A stretch of DNA of 64,000 bases from Blasia pusilla (taxonomy: Eukaryota): NCBI GenBank assembly GCA_050084515.1, contig CM114271.1:15624001-15688000 (forward strand), read 5' to 3'. The notes under the pieces are model-generated. The model saw nothing but the letters and a program-made list of their open reading frames with translations, ran no database searches and was not told where the DNA came from. The first letter of the stretch is position 1; every line of letters starts with the position of its first letter. Position numbers and translations under genes: made by a program. Below, in pieces: positions 11,871 through 26,099 of the stretch.

Positions 11871-13345
11871 TGTAATGTACAACTCTAGGAAAAAGATACT
11901 CTTTCTATCGCAAAGTATAAAGTTCCTTCCCAAGAGACCATTGTTTCTTGAGTAAAGAGAGGTTTTATAAAGAATATCAAGAATAAACTCCTTCTTCACT
12001 AAAATGCTTCAATACCTTCAACCACACTTTCCTACAAGTGCAAAAGAATAAAAGGTTTTCTCTTTCCTCTTGGAAAAGACTCTTCTCAAGTGCATACGAA
12101 GACTCTTGTGAATCTGCAATAACAAAGCTCCACAAAGATCTCAAAGAGACCTCAATAATGTTGGCTCACCCTACTTTCAGAACTAAATCTATCATGGCAA
12201 GTTACTCACTGTCTAACAGCTTTCCTACACTTCTTCGTGATTATCTTCTGGAATTCTGAAACTACAAGACTCAACTCTCATCTATACTGCAGCCCAATAA
12301 GATCCACATTCAATTCTGCACATCGAAAAGAATGAGAAAAAACTCTTCTCTTCTACATCAAATAGTGGAAAGAACTAGAAAAGTATTACAAGCTTCAAAA
12401 AGTAAAAGACTCTTCAACTTGGATCATCCCTCAAAAAAATTTCCTACCCACTCGCCAAGACTGCTGTTAAACTCAAGATACATGGAACAGTATTGAGGAA
12501 TTCAAGACACAAGGGAATGATCCCTCCTACTAATTTGCTCTTTAAATAGTCTTTTACAATCCCTGATTTCTCTTCCTATTCTAATCTAGATTTATAACTA
12601 CTAATCCTAACCTACTCTATTCAGATTCTCCAACCTTCCATATATCTTCATAAGATGGTTGGTTGCCTTGGCGTTTCATTTCCACTCCCTCTTAATCGCT
12701 GTGCCGTTCCATTTCCGGCTTCCAAAACTGCCACGACGGTTCAGTCTTTACAGTCTTCGCGCTCTTCACAGTCTTTCTCTTCGTGCGACGACTCTTACCC
12801 TTTTGCCGCCGCGAAGAGTCCTCCTTTCTACTTTCTTTCACTCTGTTGCCTTCAAACAATTTCCTATCTTTCTATCCCTATTCTTAATATACTTTTCCGC
12901 TTTCTAAAGACTCTTTGACTTCTTCTGATTCTTCCTCTTCCTTCTTAGAGTTCTTAGTCTTTGCTCTTGGGTTTTTGCTCTTCTTTCCTTATACCTAGTC
13001 TTTGCACAAAGACTATCTTCATTTTTCTTTACAAAGAAGTTTTCTCTCAGTCTTCGTTGACAGTCTTTTACTGCCGTTCTTACTACGGTCTTTTCTTACG
13101 AAGCACCCGCGCTTCTTCTTCTAACTTCTTTTCCAATATTTTACACAATTCTCACTCTTCTCAGACAATCCTTAATCTTCTAACATCTCTTGTCCTCTCA
13201 TCAGAGTTCTGTTGGTCACTCTTCACACAATTTTGGTAAAGTAAGGCTCTTTACTTCTGGTATTGAGTCTTTAGTCCTCGCTCAAGGAAGACTTCTGTTA
13301 AAAAAATGCTCTTTCTGTCAAAATTTAAAAAACATGGGCATTACA
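11871..13345. mobile_element. solo LTR (1475 bp)
   Basis: Termini TGTAATG...CATTACA with exact 5-bp TSD TCTAT on both sides (11866-70, 13346-50). Confidence 0.88.
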
Positions 13346-16300
13346 TCTATCATCATGAGTCATCACCTAACATAATTGCTCTAGATCCAAGAGAACTCAT
13401 CAATATCCAATCTCAAGCATGTTTCTCTTTAAACTCTATCATAATCTCGTCTCAGTAACTTTGATGGTAAGAGGTTTGTCCAAATTGTTCCTTGTAGTCA
13501 AGGATGATGTGCATGCGATCCAACACTTGTCAATTCTATAAATATTGGTCCAAACTAAGACCTCACATGATGCAAACTCATCATGATTCAAGTATGAATG
13601 TTACCCAAAAATGGCACATTATCTACAATGTACGAAAGAAAATATGTTTGAATCTTCTAGAAGTACCATAATACCCACAACATCTCATAAAATATGCTTG
13701 ACCTTGGATCTTGCAAATAAATCCCTCTACCAACCGATAAATGACCCTAATATGGTCATCAAGAAATCATCTGATGATTAATGCTAAGTTTGGGTCCGTG
13801 TCCGGATCCTCTGCCTCCAACAATGATATGTATGTAGTAAATAGGCAATGTATGTTGGTACCTATGCATTTTCCTTATCAGAATCAACTTAAGATATCAT
13901 TGGATCAACATCTCACATGGCTTAATTAGACTAATTCTAATATATCATCCCATGCTTCTCGATGTAGAGATATTGATAAACCTATATTATGGCCTACAAC
14001 ACTAGAATCAATATATCATCTCTCTTCAAAGAGATCCAATACTGTCTTGAATATCTAATTCTATAGTGCACACGCTAGCAAGGACCTAGGAAGTGAGTCA
14101 TGATTGTGTTTCTAAGGAGGAAAGACCTTGGTGTGATACACCAAAGTCGAAACCTAGACTAGCTAGTCAAAAGACCTGGAAGGGCGATGGAACTCGCCGC
14201 ATGACTAATATTAGAGGAGATGTACACATGTCTTGTGATTAACCTTAGGTGAGAAATTAAAGAAGCATAGCCAGTATTAGCCCCTTGTGGCGACAAAAAG
14301 ACAAGAAAGGTTTGAAACCTTGGAGCTGAGTCAAGGGCAAGAAGCAAGGAACAGGTGAACGGTAAAGATGGGTGAGACCAAGGTTGCACGTGGACTTGTT
14401 TGTGTCCACGGACATATGTCCGTCCCAAGGACGAACATATCCATGCGGGCCCGGGTGCAGGCTCCATGAGCCCACCTTGCCCGTGGCCCCGCACCTGGGC
14501 TTGCGCGTACCGAGCATTCCACCCTTGCTCGGCCAATGCACATGACGCCCCTCTCTTGTCTTGGAGTACTCGAGCTGAGAACTTTTGGAGTGGGTGAGCA
14601 AATCTAGCAATTTGACACGAAAGATTTGATTCCAAAGCAAAGCTTTATTCCCATGATAAGCATAGCTTGAGATGCTTTACATATTTCTTGATCTGCCTAC
14701 TCTACTTTGCATTAGAGCATTAATATTGATTATCACATCCTTTCTTTATTTCCCCCATTAAGGGAGGGAAAAACTTTACAGTCACATTTGGATGTGGTGT
14801 AGAGTTGATTGGCATCCCAGGGATTCCTAAGGAAGTCCCTTGAGACAATGAGCAAGCATCTTGCACGTTGGGTCCTGGCATATTCAAACGTTTCTTCATA
14901 GAGCCAGCTTCCAATGTGTGTGCTCTTTTGTTGTTGGGCGTCCAAGGGCGATACTTAGGAGTTCCTCTTTCCAAGCCTTCCACTGGCTTTGGAATGTATT
15001 CGCTATCTGATAGTCCAGGCTCCCTCGGAGCTGGGAGAGAATCCTTTATGGCATTCTCAAAGCCTGGGCATGATCTGGGGTGAGCTTTGTCCCCCAAGGA
15101 GGGCTTACACCTAAATGCAACTTCTTCCATTTACTCAGTCGGATGCAATCCTCCTGAGATATGGGAGACCACTTCGGACTCTTGAGCACTTGGGGATCAG
15201 GACTCTTTACACCATAATGCTTAATTTTTCGAAGTATCTTTGGCAACACTCTTTACTTTCCCCTGTGTCGATTTCTTCCTTGTTATTCTCGTTGCCATGG
15301 TACTTCCAAACCTTCAATGTGTGTGTTGGCTGAATGAATGTTTGTAGAGTGGAGTTCTCTAAGGAGCAATAGAGAGGAGCTTCAAGAGCATAACCTTGGG
15401 AGCTAAGCTTCGGGAGATGAGCTCCGAGAGCTGAGCTTTGGGAGCTGAACCGGAGACAACTTGAACTACTTCAGTAGCCGAACTGCAACTTGGAGGCCTT
15501 GAGATCCCAAACTGCAACAGGCCGCTGCTTAGAATGCTGACTACAATGGGGACTTTAGTTGTGTGAAAAACTTGCATGCACATAGCAATATGTAGAATGT
15601 GTTAGAGTAAAGCATGATAGTGCCTAGGACATGAAGCTTAATCGAAAGAGCAAAGTTGGATCTTACCTAGACTACTCTTATTAGTGATCCGATGCGGATA
15701 TGTGCACACAAAGATGATAAACGTGTTAATGTCAACACTGTCAAATAAAGCTACACATTAACTCTGAATGGTGAAATGGTTGTGTGCATTGAGCTTTGTC
15801 TGGTTGGAGCTTTTAAAATTGGAAAACATTTAAATACAATGGCGGGGAGCCTCGTAACAACCTTTCGAGGAGCCTTCAAGGGATCGGATGTCTCTTCATG
15901 ATCGTAACATCTTCGAGTACAGAATTTGAAATATACGGCTCTAAAAAAACCCGTTATAATCGGATGATCGAATTGAAACCCTAAAACATCCCCAGGGGAA
16001 CCAAAAGGTGGCAACTATAACTCCTGAATGCGTGAACAGCCTCGAGTGGATGAAAAGACCACGTGTCATACTCTGGAGTGGAGTGTTTGCAAAATGAGGA
16101 TGCACTCTCCCTTAATTTTAAAGATAAGGTGTATTTGTAGCGGCTGTAACTATTACTTCTATTGTGGGAAGTTGCACATCACTCTTAGAGGATACATGTT
16201 TCCTTCAAAGGCAGTACTAATCTAAATTATCAATTTTTTAAAATGGAATTCTATAAAGTTCACAGTAATTATTTAGCGTTGTTAACATCTTTTCAATTTA

Positions 16301-17289
16301 GATGGATGTGTATATTTGTATCTCTAAGAAAATAAGAAAAAATATTATAAACATGTAATTTAGGAAAAATAAAAGTGTTTTTTATTAAAAAGAAAAAAAA
16401 ACATCGAAAGATGATAAATAAAGTTGTTTATGTTCATGCCAAGAAGAGAAGAAAAGGAAGAAAATGCAAACTAAAATTCAATCGTTTTCAAAAATCCAAT
16501 ATAGTAAACTACTTTGGTAACAGCCTAAAACATATATGGTGTGAAAACAAGTTGGTAAGGTGTGAAATGTTAACAAGGTGAGTGACTCCCAATCACACAA
16601 GCATGGCAAATAAGTGTCAATGCATGCGCTTGTTGTGATAAAGTTGAGAAGTATTGTTGAAAATCAAGAGAGAATTGTCACAAGAAAAGAGGAGTTGATT
16701 CTCGAGGGAGTAAAGTGCACATATTTTTTCAAGAAAGAGTCAAAATATATATAGAAGTGTCCAAAACTTTCACTGCAAAAAGAATAAATCTACCAATTGT
16801 AGAACTTGACTCTTTGATTTGTATTGTTGTATCGCATGTGGAACATTTAGTATGTGCAATCCAAATACAAATACACCAAGTCAAAACATGTTGGGTTAGC
16901 AACCATCATATATCATCCAATAAACAAAAGCTACCTAGCTTCGGGTCATAATAAGATTTAACTCTCCGAGGAGAGGTTGCTCATGTAATAGAAGGTAGGA
17001 TATGTAACTATTCTTAGCCAATAATATATCTTACAATATAAGCCATTAAAACTATTGCCTCTCTGACACATTATGGATCATCGATCGTTCTGCATTGTAT
17101 GCAGAACGGAGAATATGCATATTCTTTACATAAATGGATTCTCCCTATACATAATCCAACACACCTAAAGAGAAGGAAAAGGAAATGAAAGACATAATCG
17201 CACAACTTTCAGGAATAAACTCCATGTAAAACTAAATTGAAAAATTTGAGGATTTGTAGTAAGCCATGCCCTCGTGTGTATATCCACAC

Positions 17290-17737
17290 CAAGATTGCAC
17301 AGAAATAGACGCATTCACTCATGGGATGGACATGTTTGGACATGTCTAGTAGGTCCCTCGCCTAGCTTTTTTTTGGGTATCCTAATCATCCATGTGGGCT
17401 TGCAATGTGGAAATGAGAGCGGATAGAGATCAAAGGAGTGTGTAGGTTACGAGACCAGCCCCTTCACAAAGGCGTGTAGTATGCTTGCAGAGCTTGCATA
17501 AGACCCACATTCTGCAAGCCTATCGTGGGCCCTTTGCGGGTCAGTGTGGGCATGCGAGGGCTTGATGCGGGCTACAAAATGGATGGCAAGAACATGGAAC
17601 AAGTTTTTGGATTGGGTATGGGTTGGTCAAGCCCGGGTCTACATTGCAAGCCATGGGAACCCGGGCCCACACGGACATGTCCGTCCCTAAAACTGACATG
17701 AGGCCACGAACATGAACTTTTTTTGTGTACAACCTTG
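17290..17737. mobile_element. hAT MITE (448 bp) nested in the 6.2-kb element
   Basis: CAAGATTGCAC...GTACAACCTTG; TSD ATCCACAC/ATCCACAT. Confidence 0.85.
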
Positions 17738-18226
17738 ATCCACATATGAAAATAGACAAGTTGGATGAGTGTGAGAGGATGCCTTAGAGAGGATGTCAAA
17801 AGAGTTGATTTGCTGCAACTTCTCGAAGATAAGCTCTTGAAGTCAATCAAATTCTTTTGTCATAAATTGATTGAAAAGGGATAGAATTGCTTGTGTAGCA
17901 AGTGGGAGAGGAGCTTGAGTAGATCTCAATTCTTGTTGGAAAATAGATCTCCCTCCTTTACATGGGCCACATTATCCGTAGGTCTGCTTGCAGTTGAAAT
18001 TGGAGAAACCTTAAAGTCATCATCAATGCAACCAAAGCCAAAATCCCCCAAAGAGTTCTTGATGTAGTTGTGATTGTAGAGGAAAGCCCAATACCTCCAA
18101 AAGAATTATATAAGATACATCTTGCATATTTCATGACCATCTATATAGCTTGTCATGAAGTCATTACACCATCATGATCCTCAAATGTATTATAAGATCA
18201 AGTGGTTTGGAGCTTGTTTGCCCCAT

Positions 18227-18612
18227 CATTAGTCATCCATAAGCAATGCATGTCGCTCTTGATAAATAATAATCATTTAGCACACACTATATACATTTGG
18301 GACAAAAAAAGGAACCATATTTGAAAAGGAAGGGGGGGGGGGAGGGGGGAGGGAGGGGTGCGAGGGCTTGCCCTTGTGGTACGGTACACACACTGGTTTC
18401 CGACCTATTTAGCATTAGTCATCCATAAGCAATGCATGTCGCTCTTGATAAATAATGACCATTTTGCACACTATATACATTTGGGACAAAAAAAGGAGCC
18501 ACATTTGAGGGGAGGGGGCGAGGGCACACTACTTAGCCCCCTTCCCTCCCCAATAGGGATGCAAGGGTTGGCCCTTGTGATACGGTACACATTGGTTTCA
18601 TGCCTATTTAGC
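18227..18612. repeat. tandem duplication, 2 x ~190 bp
   Basis: CATTAGTCATCCATAAGCAATGCATGTCGCTCTTGATAAATAAT begins at 18227 and 18413. Confidence 0.85.
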
Positions 18613-20668
18613 TGAAGCCTTGCTAGGGTTCATTGATCATTTAGCGCATGCGGCTTTGGGCTTGAGAGGGAGTCTTGGAGAGCTCGCGATGTACAATGTG
18701 TGCAGATTTCAATAAAGAGACTTGAGAGTATTTGACTATGGATGTAGCTTCCGTATGGGAAGTGAACCATATATATCTAGTGTGATTCATATGAGTGATT
18801 GTCCAATTTCTTCCAACAATTGGTATCATGGCGTATGTTAGGAAATTTTGCGATGGCAATAAAGATTTCCCAATGTTCCTTCAAGATCCGTTGGAGCTCT
18901 CTGGCTTTGGTCTTGACTACTAACACACGCAGACACTAACACCCACCCAAAAATATTTCGATAATTTGCAACAATGTTACTATCTCAATAATATATATAT
19001 CAACCAATAAACTGTATGAAAATACACCAAATATTGTTTGTGAATGCTCCAATAAAAAAACTTGGAACACTCACTATGAGTAAGAAAGATCAGTATGCTA
19101 GCCTAGATAACCGAGATATCTTCAATTATCAGGATTACCCAATGGTGAAACATATTCTCACTTATCAAGTTCAACTATCTATGGAGAAAAAAAACTTCCA
19201 CAAAAGAGAGTGACACATGAAGGGAGGAATGAAATTGTGAGGGTATAAAAGAAATGAGCAAGTTTATATAGGGAGGATGAAAGGGAGGCAATGAACCTTT
19301 CCAACTCCCCATATCATCTACCCCCACTTAGAGTTTGTTATTAAACTATCTCTATTAATCACCATCTAGAATAAATAAATAAAAATTCCTCCTATCACAT
19401 TCTTTTTTCACATATCTTAAATTGTTACCTACTTTTATTCCCAACTAACCTACTTTTTAATTTAACCACCCTATGAAAATTCAATTTTAACACTCTCCTT
19501 CCTCTCTCCATCAATACTATCCCTCTTTCTCTAATTATTCTGATTTCTAACTAACTTATTCTGATTTCTAACTAATTTATTCTCTACTTCAACCATCCTA
19601 TTCCAACCCCTTAAACCTTCAAACATCTTTCCCCGGCACGAATCGCATTTAACAACCATTACAACCGTGCCATTCATCCTTTCAAACCGCCAATAGCCTA
19701 CCTTTTTCGCCACTTGCCCGACTAGCCAGCGTAGTGCCCGTTGGGCGTATCCTGGACCCGCACCCAGCTTTCCTATCCTGCGTTGAGCCCACACATTGCG
19801 CGCCCCCTGCCCGCGTGGCCAGCACTAAGCTTGACCCTGCACGCCCCCTATGCGCTCTCGGACGTCCCCCAGCATGCCTGGCCTGCGCCCAACCCAACCC
19901 GCCGCCTGGCCCGCGCAGGGCTTGCTCCTAGCCCGCATTGGACCCGCCAAGCCCGCGTTCGGCCCGCCCCTAGCCACGCTAGATCCGCCCCATGCCCGTC
20001 CCGAGCCCGCTTGGCCTGGCTCGCGCTGAGCTTGCCCCCAACCCGCTTGGCCCGTGGACGGCCCGCACTGAGCCCACCTACCCCGCCCACAGTCCGCCCA
20101 TTGTCCACCTCTCCCGCGCTTGACCCATCCCTTGCCCATCCCTTGCCCACCCCCTGCCCACCTGGCCCACGCTGAGCCCGCGCTCGGCCCGCCCCTTGCT
20201 TGTCTGGCATGTTAGCGTGCCTTTAGCCCACCTTTGGCCCGCAAGCTCGCTATGCGCCCGCGCTAGGCTTGCCTGCAAGCTCGCGCGGATGCTTGCATGC
20301 AGCTCGCACGCAGCCTCCAAGCCCGCCTGCCCACTCAGATCCCGCCATTAGCCTGCACGATAGCCCGCGTCAGGCTCGCCATTATCCCGCATTGCGTCGA
20401 TTTCCCGCGTGTGGCCCGCGCCCTGGCCTACATCCAGCATGGAAGCCCGCACTTGTTCCCACGGGTGAAGCCCACGCCGTCGACCCAAGTGCCAAAAAAA
20501 CCCTGGCTCGCGACCAATTTTGCATGTCCGTTTCCGTGCAACCTTGGGTGAGACACCATGAGACTAGCCATGAAACACAAAGGGCGGCAAGTTAACCATG
20601 AGACACCAAATAAGAACTCAAGATGGGCACTAGCTATGAGATACATGAAACGTGGGTCCAAGCTCCAA

Positions 20669-20915
20669 GAGAGTTGAGAGTTGCATAATCTGCATAAATA
20701 AGCCTCCACTAATCCATCTTGATAGATAACTAGTCAAACACTCATCTACAGGTCGAGAACCACATTAAGGTTGAGGGCCTAAGGGGAGGAAATAGGAAAC
20801 ACTGATCTTGGAGAGTTGAGAGTTGCATAATCTGCATAAATAAGCCTCCACTAATCCATCTTGATAGATAACTAGTCAAACACTTAGGTTGAGGGCCTAA
20901 GGGGGGGAAATAGGG
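20669..20915. repeat. local direct duplication (~75-bp exact core)
   Basis: GAGAGTTGAGAGTTGCATAATCTGCATAAATAAGCC...GTCAAACACT at 20669 and 20812, each followed by AGGTTGAGGGCCTAAGGGG. Confidence 0.85.
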
Positions 20916-21830
20916 AAGGTGTGACTCCCTTGGAGAACCCTAGAAGTACCTATAGGAGGGGAGACACTCTCCCTCCTTATGTGCTTAATTCCTAGAACTG
21001 CACACTCTTGTACAATTTTAACACTCATACATATACCCTATGATGTTAAATATACAAGTATCATCAGTATGGTGAGAAACACCCAACATGGCCAATCTAT
21101 GTGGAACCCGGTGTGGGATTATCATCTTTGAGAATGTTCTCATCATAGTCTTTACCCTCCAATAACTACCAATTAACACTATTGATGAATGCTACTACTA
21201 TGGTCACAATATCTCCTTGTGGGGACCATCACTACACGAGACTAATCAAATAGGTTGTTGGCGTATCCGACCATCACTAGATCTCCACCATGGTCAATAG
21301 GAAATTTTTTTGGCCAAAAATGAAAGATGAACTAAAGAGATAAAACAATGAATCATCTGAAGACTCAATGAGTCAAAGCATTGAACAATTTGTACTTATT
21401 CATGACTCAGCAAGTCATATATGAGTCAACCAAGCTTAACACTTACAAAAGTTGAGTCATACAATCACTCCATGAGTCATATACTTTATCACTTTGAGTC
21501 ATCTAATGAGATCACAAAAAAGTGACATGGCGTTCCATATCATTGATGATGTGTCATATTTTCTCCACGTCACATGTACGGTCCAAACCAAACATCATTC
21601 AATCATGCATGAGTAAGAAAAAAAAATGACTCAAGTCAACTTAGTCATTGTAATATATGACTTGTCTTTTAAGATTGGTGGAGTCACTAGTCATTTTCTC
21701 GAGGTCATTTTCAGTCATACTTCGTACAATCTGATTCTAGAAAGTCATTCTTTCTAGTCATAAAAGTGATGTTTTCTTCTAGTATCATTGCGATATGTAT
21801 TGAAGCACTCTTTGTGAGGACACATGTGGT

Positions 21831-22535
21831 CAAGGTTGCACACAAACAAAGTCTGTGTCGGTGGACTTATGTCCGTTCTATGGACGGACATGTCCGTGGG
21901 GGCCCGGGTACCAAGGGCCCGCACCCGATCCCGCATCCAGGCTCACAGCCCGGCTTGAGGCAGGCTCGAAGCCCGCCTTGGGCTGCAAAAATTTGGTATG
22001 TTGGACCCAAAATTTGGTATGCTGGACCCAAAATTGGTTTGCCGGACCGAATTTTGCGGGCCTTGAGCCCGTATGTGGGCTTGGTGCGGCCCAGGGTGCG
22101 GGCTTTGAGCCCCCAAAATTTTGGTCGGCCGGACGGAAAGATGGTCTATCGGACCAAAATTTTCGGGCCCTTAGCCCTCACCCCAAGCCTGCATGTGCCC
22201 GCTTGGAGCCCGCACTTGCCCATTAAGAGCCCACGCCCAGTTAGCTCCGCGCCTACCTGCCCTAGCCCCTGCCCAAGAAACCCTAAGCTCGCGCGAGACC
22301 GCACTTGCCGATTGAAGGCCGCACTTGCCCACCCAGAACCCGCGCCCAATCAGCCTGGGGCCTACACCTGCCCACGCTTGCCCGCTTTAAGCCCAAGCCT
22401 ATCCGACCTGCGGAACAGGCAACGGGTGCGGGCTGTGTCAGTCGGAATCTAGGTGGAGGGCTCTGAGGCGGGCTTGGGTGCAGGTTGGGCATGTCTGAGG
22501 ACATGTCTAGAGTTTTTGGTTTCCGTGCAACCTTG
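21831..22535. mobile_element. hAT MITE (705 bp)
   Basis: Perfect TIRs CAAGGTTGCAC/GTGCAACCTTG; exact TSD CATGTGGT. Confidence 0.92.
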
Positions 22536-22689
22536 CATGTGGTAAGAGCAACCACAATCCATAATCCATGCATCACAAGAAATATCTTTTCCGGAAGTGA
22601 TAGTCAATACATAATCATGCATTTGACTCTACTACGCCAACTTGTTCAGAGGTTTGAGCTTTCTCTCTTTGTATATTAATGGTGGGTCC

Positions 22690-22880
22690 TTTCTTTGGCC
22701 CTCGGTATAATCTTTCTTCATATGGCCTACCTTTCTACAAGTCCAACATTTACCTTTCACATGACTACTCTTAGATTGAGATCTCAACCAATATCTGCCT
22801 CTGCATATTTTATTCCTATCAATTGGCCTACCTCGAACGACAAGAGCTTCTACATTTTTCTCCTCATTGCTTGACATGGG
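22690..22880 (-). pseudogene. Ty1/Copia gag fragment (zinc knuckle)
   Basis: EALVVRGR...RSQSKS..KCWTCRKVGHMKKDY, typical copia gag C-terminus. Confidence 0.65.
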
Positions 22881-22884
22881 TAAC

Positions 22885-23416
22885 CTTAGAGAGCAGGTTT
22901 CCCCTTTGTTTCGGCTCATTTGGAGTCATTTTGAGGAACTTACTATTCAAGGTAGGTTTCCATTTGGAGCATAGTTGAATTTCCACTTTGGGAAGTGGCC
23001 CTTGACCTGCTATAGTAGGTCAAGAGCCAAGGAGGTGACCTTCAAGCATAGGTTACTGAGGAGAGAGTTTGGGAGAGGGAAGGGGGTATACCTCCAAGAG
23101 AGAGAGCTTGAGAGTTCATTCTCTCTTTGTTGAACCTCTTGGCATGAGGCGGCGAAGCTATAGTCTTGCTTTCCTTGTGTGTGTAACCCAAGCCTCTCAT
23201 AAGGAGAGTGGGTTTGGTTTGACATGAGAGAGAGTGTGCACACCATGGAGAGATTAGTGTGAGATGTGATGAGAGATCTACTTGTTTTATTGGAGATATT
23301 TTGGTACTTCTCGTATCGTTGTCTGGATGCCATGAGTTAGCATGGGATCCTGCGTATTTATGTGTGTGTTTGGTGAAAGCAATGTATGTTGTGTAGCAAT
23401 GTGTATGCGTACAACA
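22885..23416 (+). repeat. 5'-truncated LTR, same family as 8402-9044
   Basis: Colinear similarity to 8507-9044 (GAGAGCAGGTTT...TTCGGCTCA; AGGTCAAGAGCCAAGGAGGTGAC; ...ACAACA end). Confidence 0.88.
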
Positions 23417-23439
23417 GAATCATGATATCCATCATGCCA

Positions 23440-25931
23440 AATCATGTGTGAAAGTCCATCCTAGCGTGCAACGGGATCTCCAAAATAGGGTACTGATGGG
23501 AAATGGACAATGGAGGGAAGCGAGACCCTCGAGTGAAGTTGAGGAGACCACGCCATTACAAATAGGTTCTCAACACATAGGAAATAGTGTTCATGTTGTG
23601 TCAAGTGTTGATGGGGTTGCAAACACCGTGTGACACTCTCGAGGAATGCAGAGGAGTTGTTGGGCCGATGCAAGGAAGTAGTAGTTATGGGAAGAAGCAA
23701 GCTAATCTGAGGGATTCTTTCAGCATGCACGAATAGAAGTTGCAAATGACATGTGGGCAAAGTCTTTCTATGAATGTGGAATACCATACGGCAAGATGCT
23801 TTCAAAGAAGCAATTTTGGCAACAAAAAAGATGAAGGGTTACTCAGGTCCTAGTTACAATTTGTTGCGCACCACCCTACTTGAGAAACATATGGGGAAGG
23901 TGAAGGAAAAGGTGGATATTATATTGGATAATTTTTGTTTGGGGGCCACGATCATCACGGATTTTTGAACCAATATAAGGAGTGAGTCTTTAGTGAACAT
24001 CATAGTCCCGTGTCCACAAGGTGAGGTCATTATTGAGTCGATAGACATCAAGGGGGAATCCCAAATGGCTCAATGGTTGGAAGGTCACATAGAGAGGACT
24101 ATCATGCACATCGGTCCAAAGAATGTGTTGTTGCTTGTGACAAGACAATGCTAGCAATGAGCGAGCATTCTTTGGGGTGGATGCGTATCACATTCTCTTG
24201 ATCTAGTATGCGAAGAATGGGGAAAATGGCCATGGGTGGACAAGATATTTTCACAAGCTTGTGAGATGGTAGTATTTGTGAAGACTAGAACTTGGGTGAT
24301 GGCCAAATTCATGGAAACCAATCCTGTGAAGAGAAGATTGTTGCTTCTTGCAAACACATGTTTTGCTACAAACTTTATCAAGTTGGGACGTGTCTTAGAA
24401 TTGAGGGAGGTGTTCCATGTCATGGTTACCACAAATGCTTTTAGGGAATATTTCAATGGGAGGGATGCAAGGCAAAGGGAGAAGGCATGAGAAATTGAGA
24501 CTATTGTGGCCAATCATGATTTTTCAATACAAGGTGAGGACTTGTTTGCTGTGGATTTGCCTACTATTATTCTTTTGAGAGAATGTGATGGTCATAAAGC
24601 AATGATGGGACATATTTATCACCATATATTTGAGATAATGGAAGATACGTTCTTTTCCAATAACCCCATGGCCAGGCGTGGGTGGAAGGCATCGCGGTTT
24701 TTTTGTGACAATCTCTAGAGCTACGGAAATGGTTAATGTTCTTTTTAGGTGATGGGCATTTATCCACAACAAGTTACATGCAATAGGGTACATTCTTGCC
24801 CCTTACAACTTTCTTGATAGTGTGCAAGACGTCTTGAAATGGTGAGTGCATGAGAGATTTCAAACAATATCTGAAACTCTATACAAAGGGGGTGCATGGC
24901 CTCAATGTCACGGAGGAAATTCCTTTTGTAGGTACTTGTTTGCAAGAGTTGGGCAATATTGTGAACCATAAAGAAGTATTTGTGGATGAGTTTGATAAGG
25001 AAGTCGTCGATTCACTTAGTTCCTTTGATTGGTGGCGCATGCACGGTCAAGATGCACCAACATTGCGATATGTGGCTAAGTCTGTATTAGCACAAATGGT
25101 TTCTTCCTCTTCAGCGGAGAGAAATTGGAGTAGTTATGGTTTTATCCACAATAAGCATACGAATGAATTGACCAATGAGCGTGCCAAGGATTTGGTGTAC
25201 ATCTACACAAACTCAAGGTTTGGAGACAAGGGTGTTTCTAAAAAATCAAGACAAGGACTCTTGTACGAGCAATAATTTTTTGAAAGGGATGGACAAGAAC
25301 AAGCTAGAAGGGTTGTAGAAGATAGTAGTAAGTCTAGCTTACATGCACAAAACCGTGATAGTGATCGTGAAGATAACCTCGACTTGCAAGATGAGGACCT
25401 AGAGGATTTGGATGTGCTATCTGGAAATTATGGCATGGTTGGCAGCGAAGGGAGTCAAGATATCGGAAACACTCAAAATGTTGATTCCAACAGGCCGGAA
25501 GAGATGGAGATGATGATGTAATGGAACATTGGATTCGAGAGCACGCTGAAGAGCAACAACGGAGGATTTCAAGAGAAATGAATCTACTCATCACTTCACC
25601 TAACACAACCTACGACCCTTAGATTGTCGCACAAGTAGGAATTCAAAATTATTCCACAGAGTCTTGTGAACCTATGCAAGATTCTCCTCCACAATCTTTG
25701 AGCGCTGAAACGGTGGACTTAGTTGATGAGCCTAATGATAATGAGGTTCTCATACATGTTGTTCCAAACTCTCAACCCATCAATCATGGCATGGATAGTT
25801 CATACATCTCCTCCGATGATGAAACAAATATCGTAGGAAATCGTCGTCGATCCACCCGACTTCGAACTCTTGAGCCGCCAAATTACCGCCTACATCTTAA
25901 TCCACCGGACCCAACCTTAGACCTAGACTAG
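23440..25931 (+). pseudogene. hAT transposase (DUF659-type plus hAT C-terminal dimerisation domain), outer copy
   Basis: YSGPSYNLLRTTLL, GATIITD, TCFATNF, DWWRMHGQDAPTLR..SSSSAERNWSSYGFIHNK..NELTNERAKDLVYIYTNSR; acidic C-terminal tail; stops/frameshifts; 5' boundary approximate. Confidence 0.92.
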
Positions 25932-26099
25932 TAGAGTAATTTGTGACTTTAGCAAAACATAGTAGTAAATAGTCGTATCAAAACCTATTTTCCACATACT
26001 ATTTTATGAATTTCGTTTTCAAAGAATCCCTTTTTGTAACATTTTTGCTAATAAAGCAATGTTTTCTACTTTGATGGTGAAGTTGGAAAGTATGAATTT

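Larger units (their letters stand above)
14379..20546. mobile_element. 6.2-kb non-autonomous hAT element
   Basis: Perfect TIRs CAAGGTTGCAC/GTGCAACCTTG and exact 8-bp TSD GGTGAGAC; left end matches 31497-31610; 19020-19690 matches 41395-41990. Confidence 0.9.

Noticed and set aside
14720-15249. Minus-strand ORFs inside the 6.2-kb element as a captured gene
   Set aside because: No recognisable domain or second copy in the window
19682-20709. Many overlapping Pro/Ala/Arg-rich ORFs (also at 10775-11478, 21766-22576, 28190-28906, 42019-43271, 45872-46330)
   Set aside because: They arise from GC-rich subterminal or low-complexity DNA lacking stops; no protein motifs
14134-21069. Possible LTR (TGATAC...GTATCA) split by the 6.2-kb hAT
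   Set aside because: Termini and TSD could not be reconciled (TGGTG repeat is offset from the CA end); left unannotated
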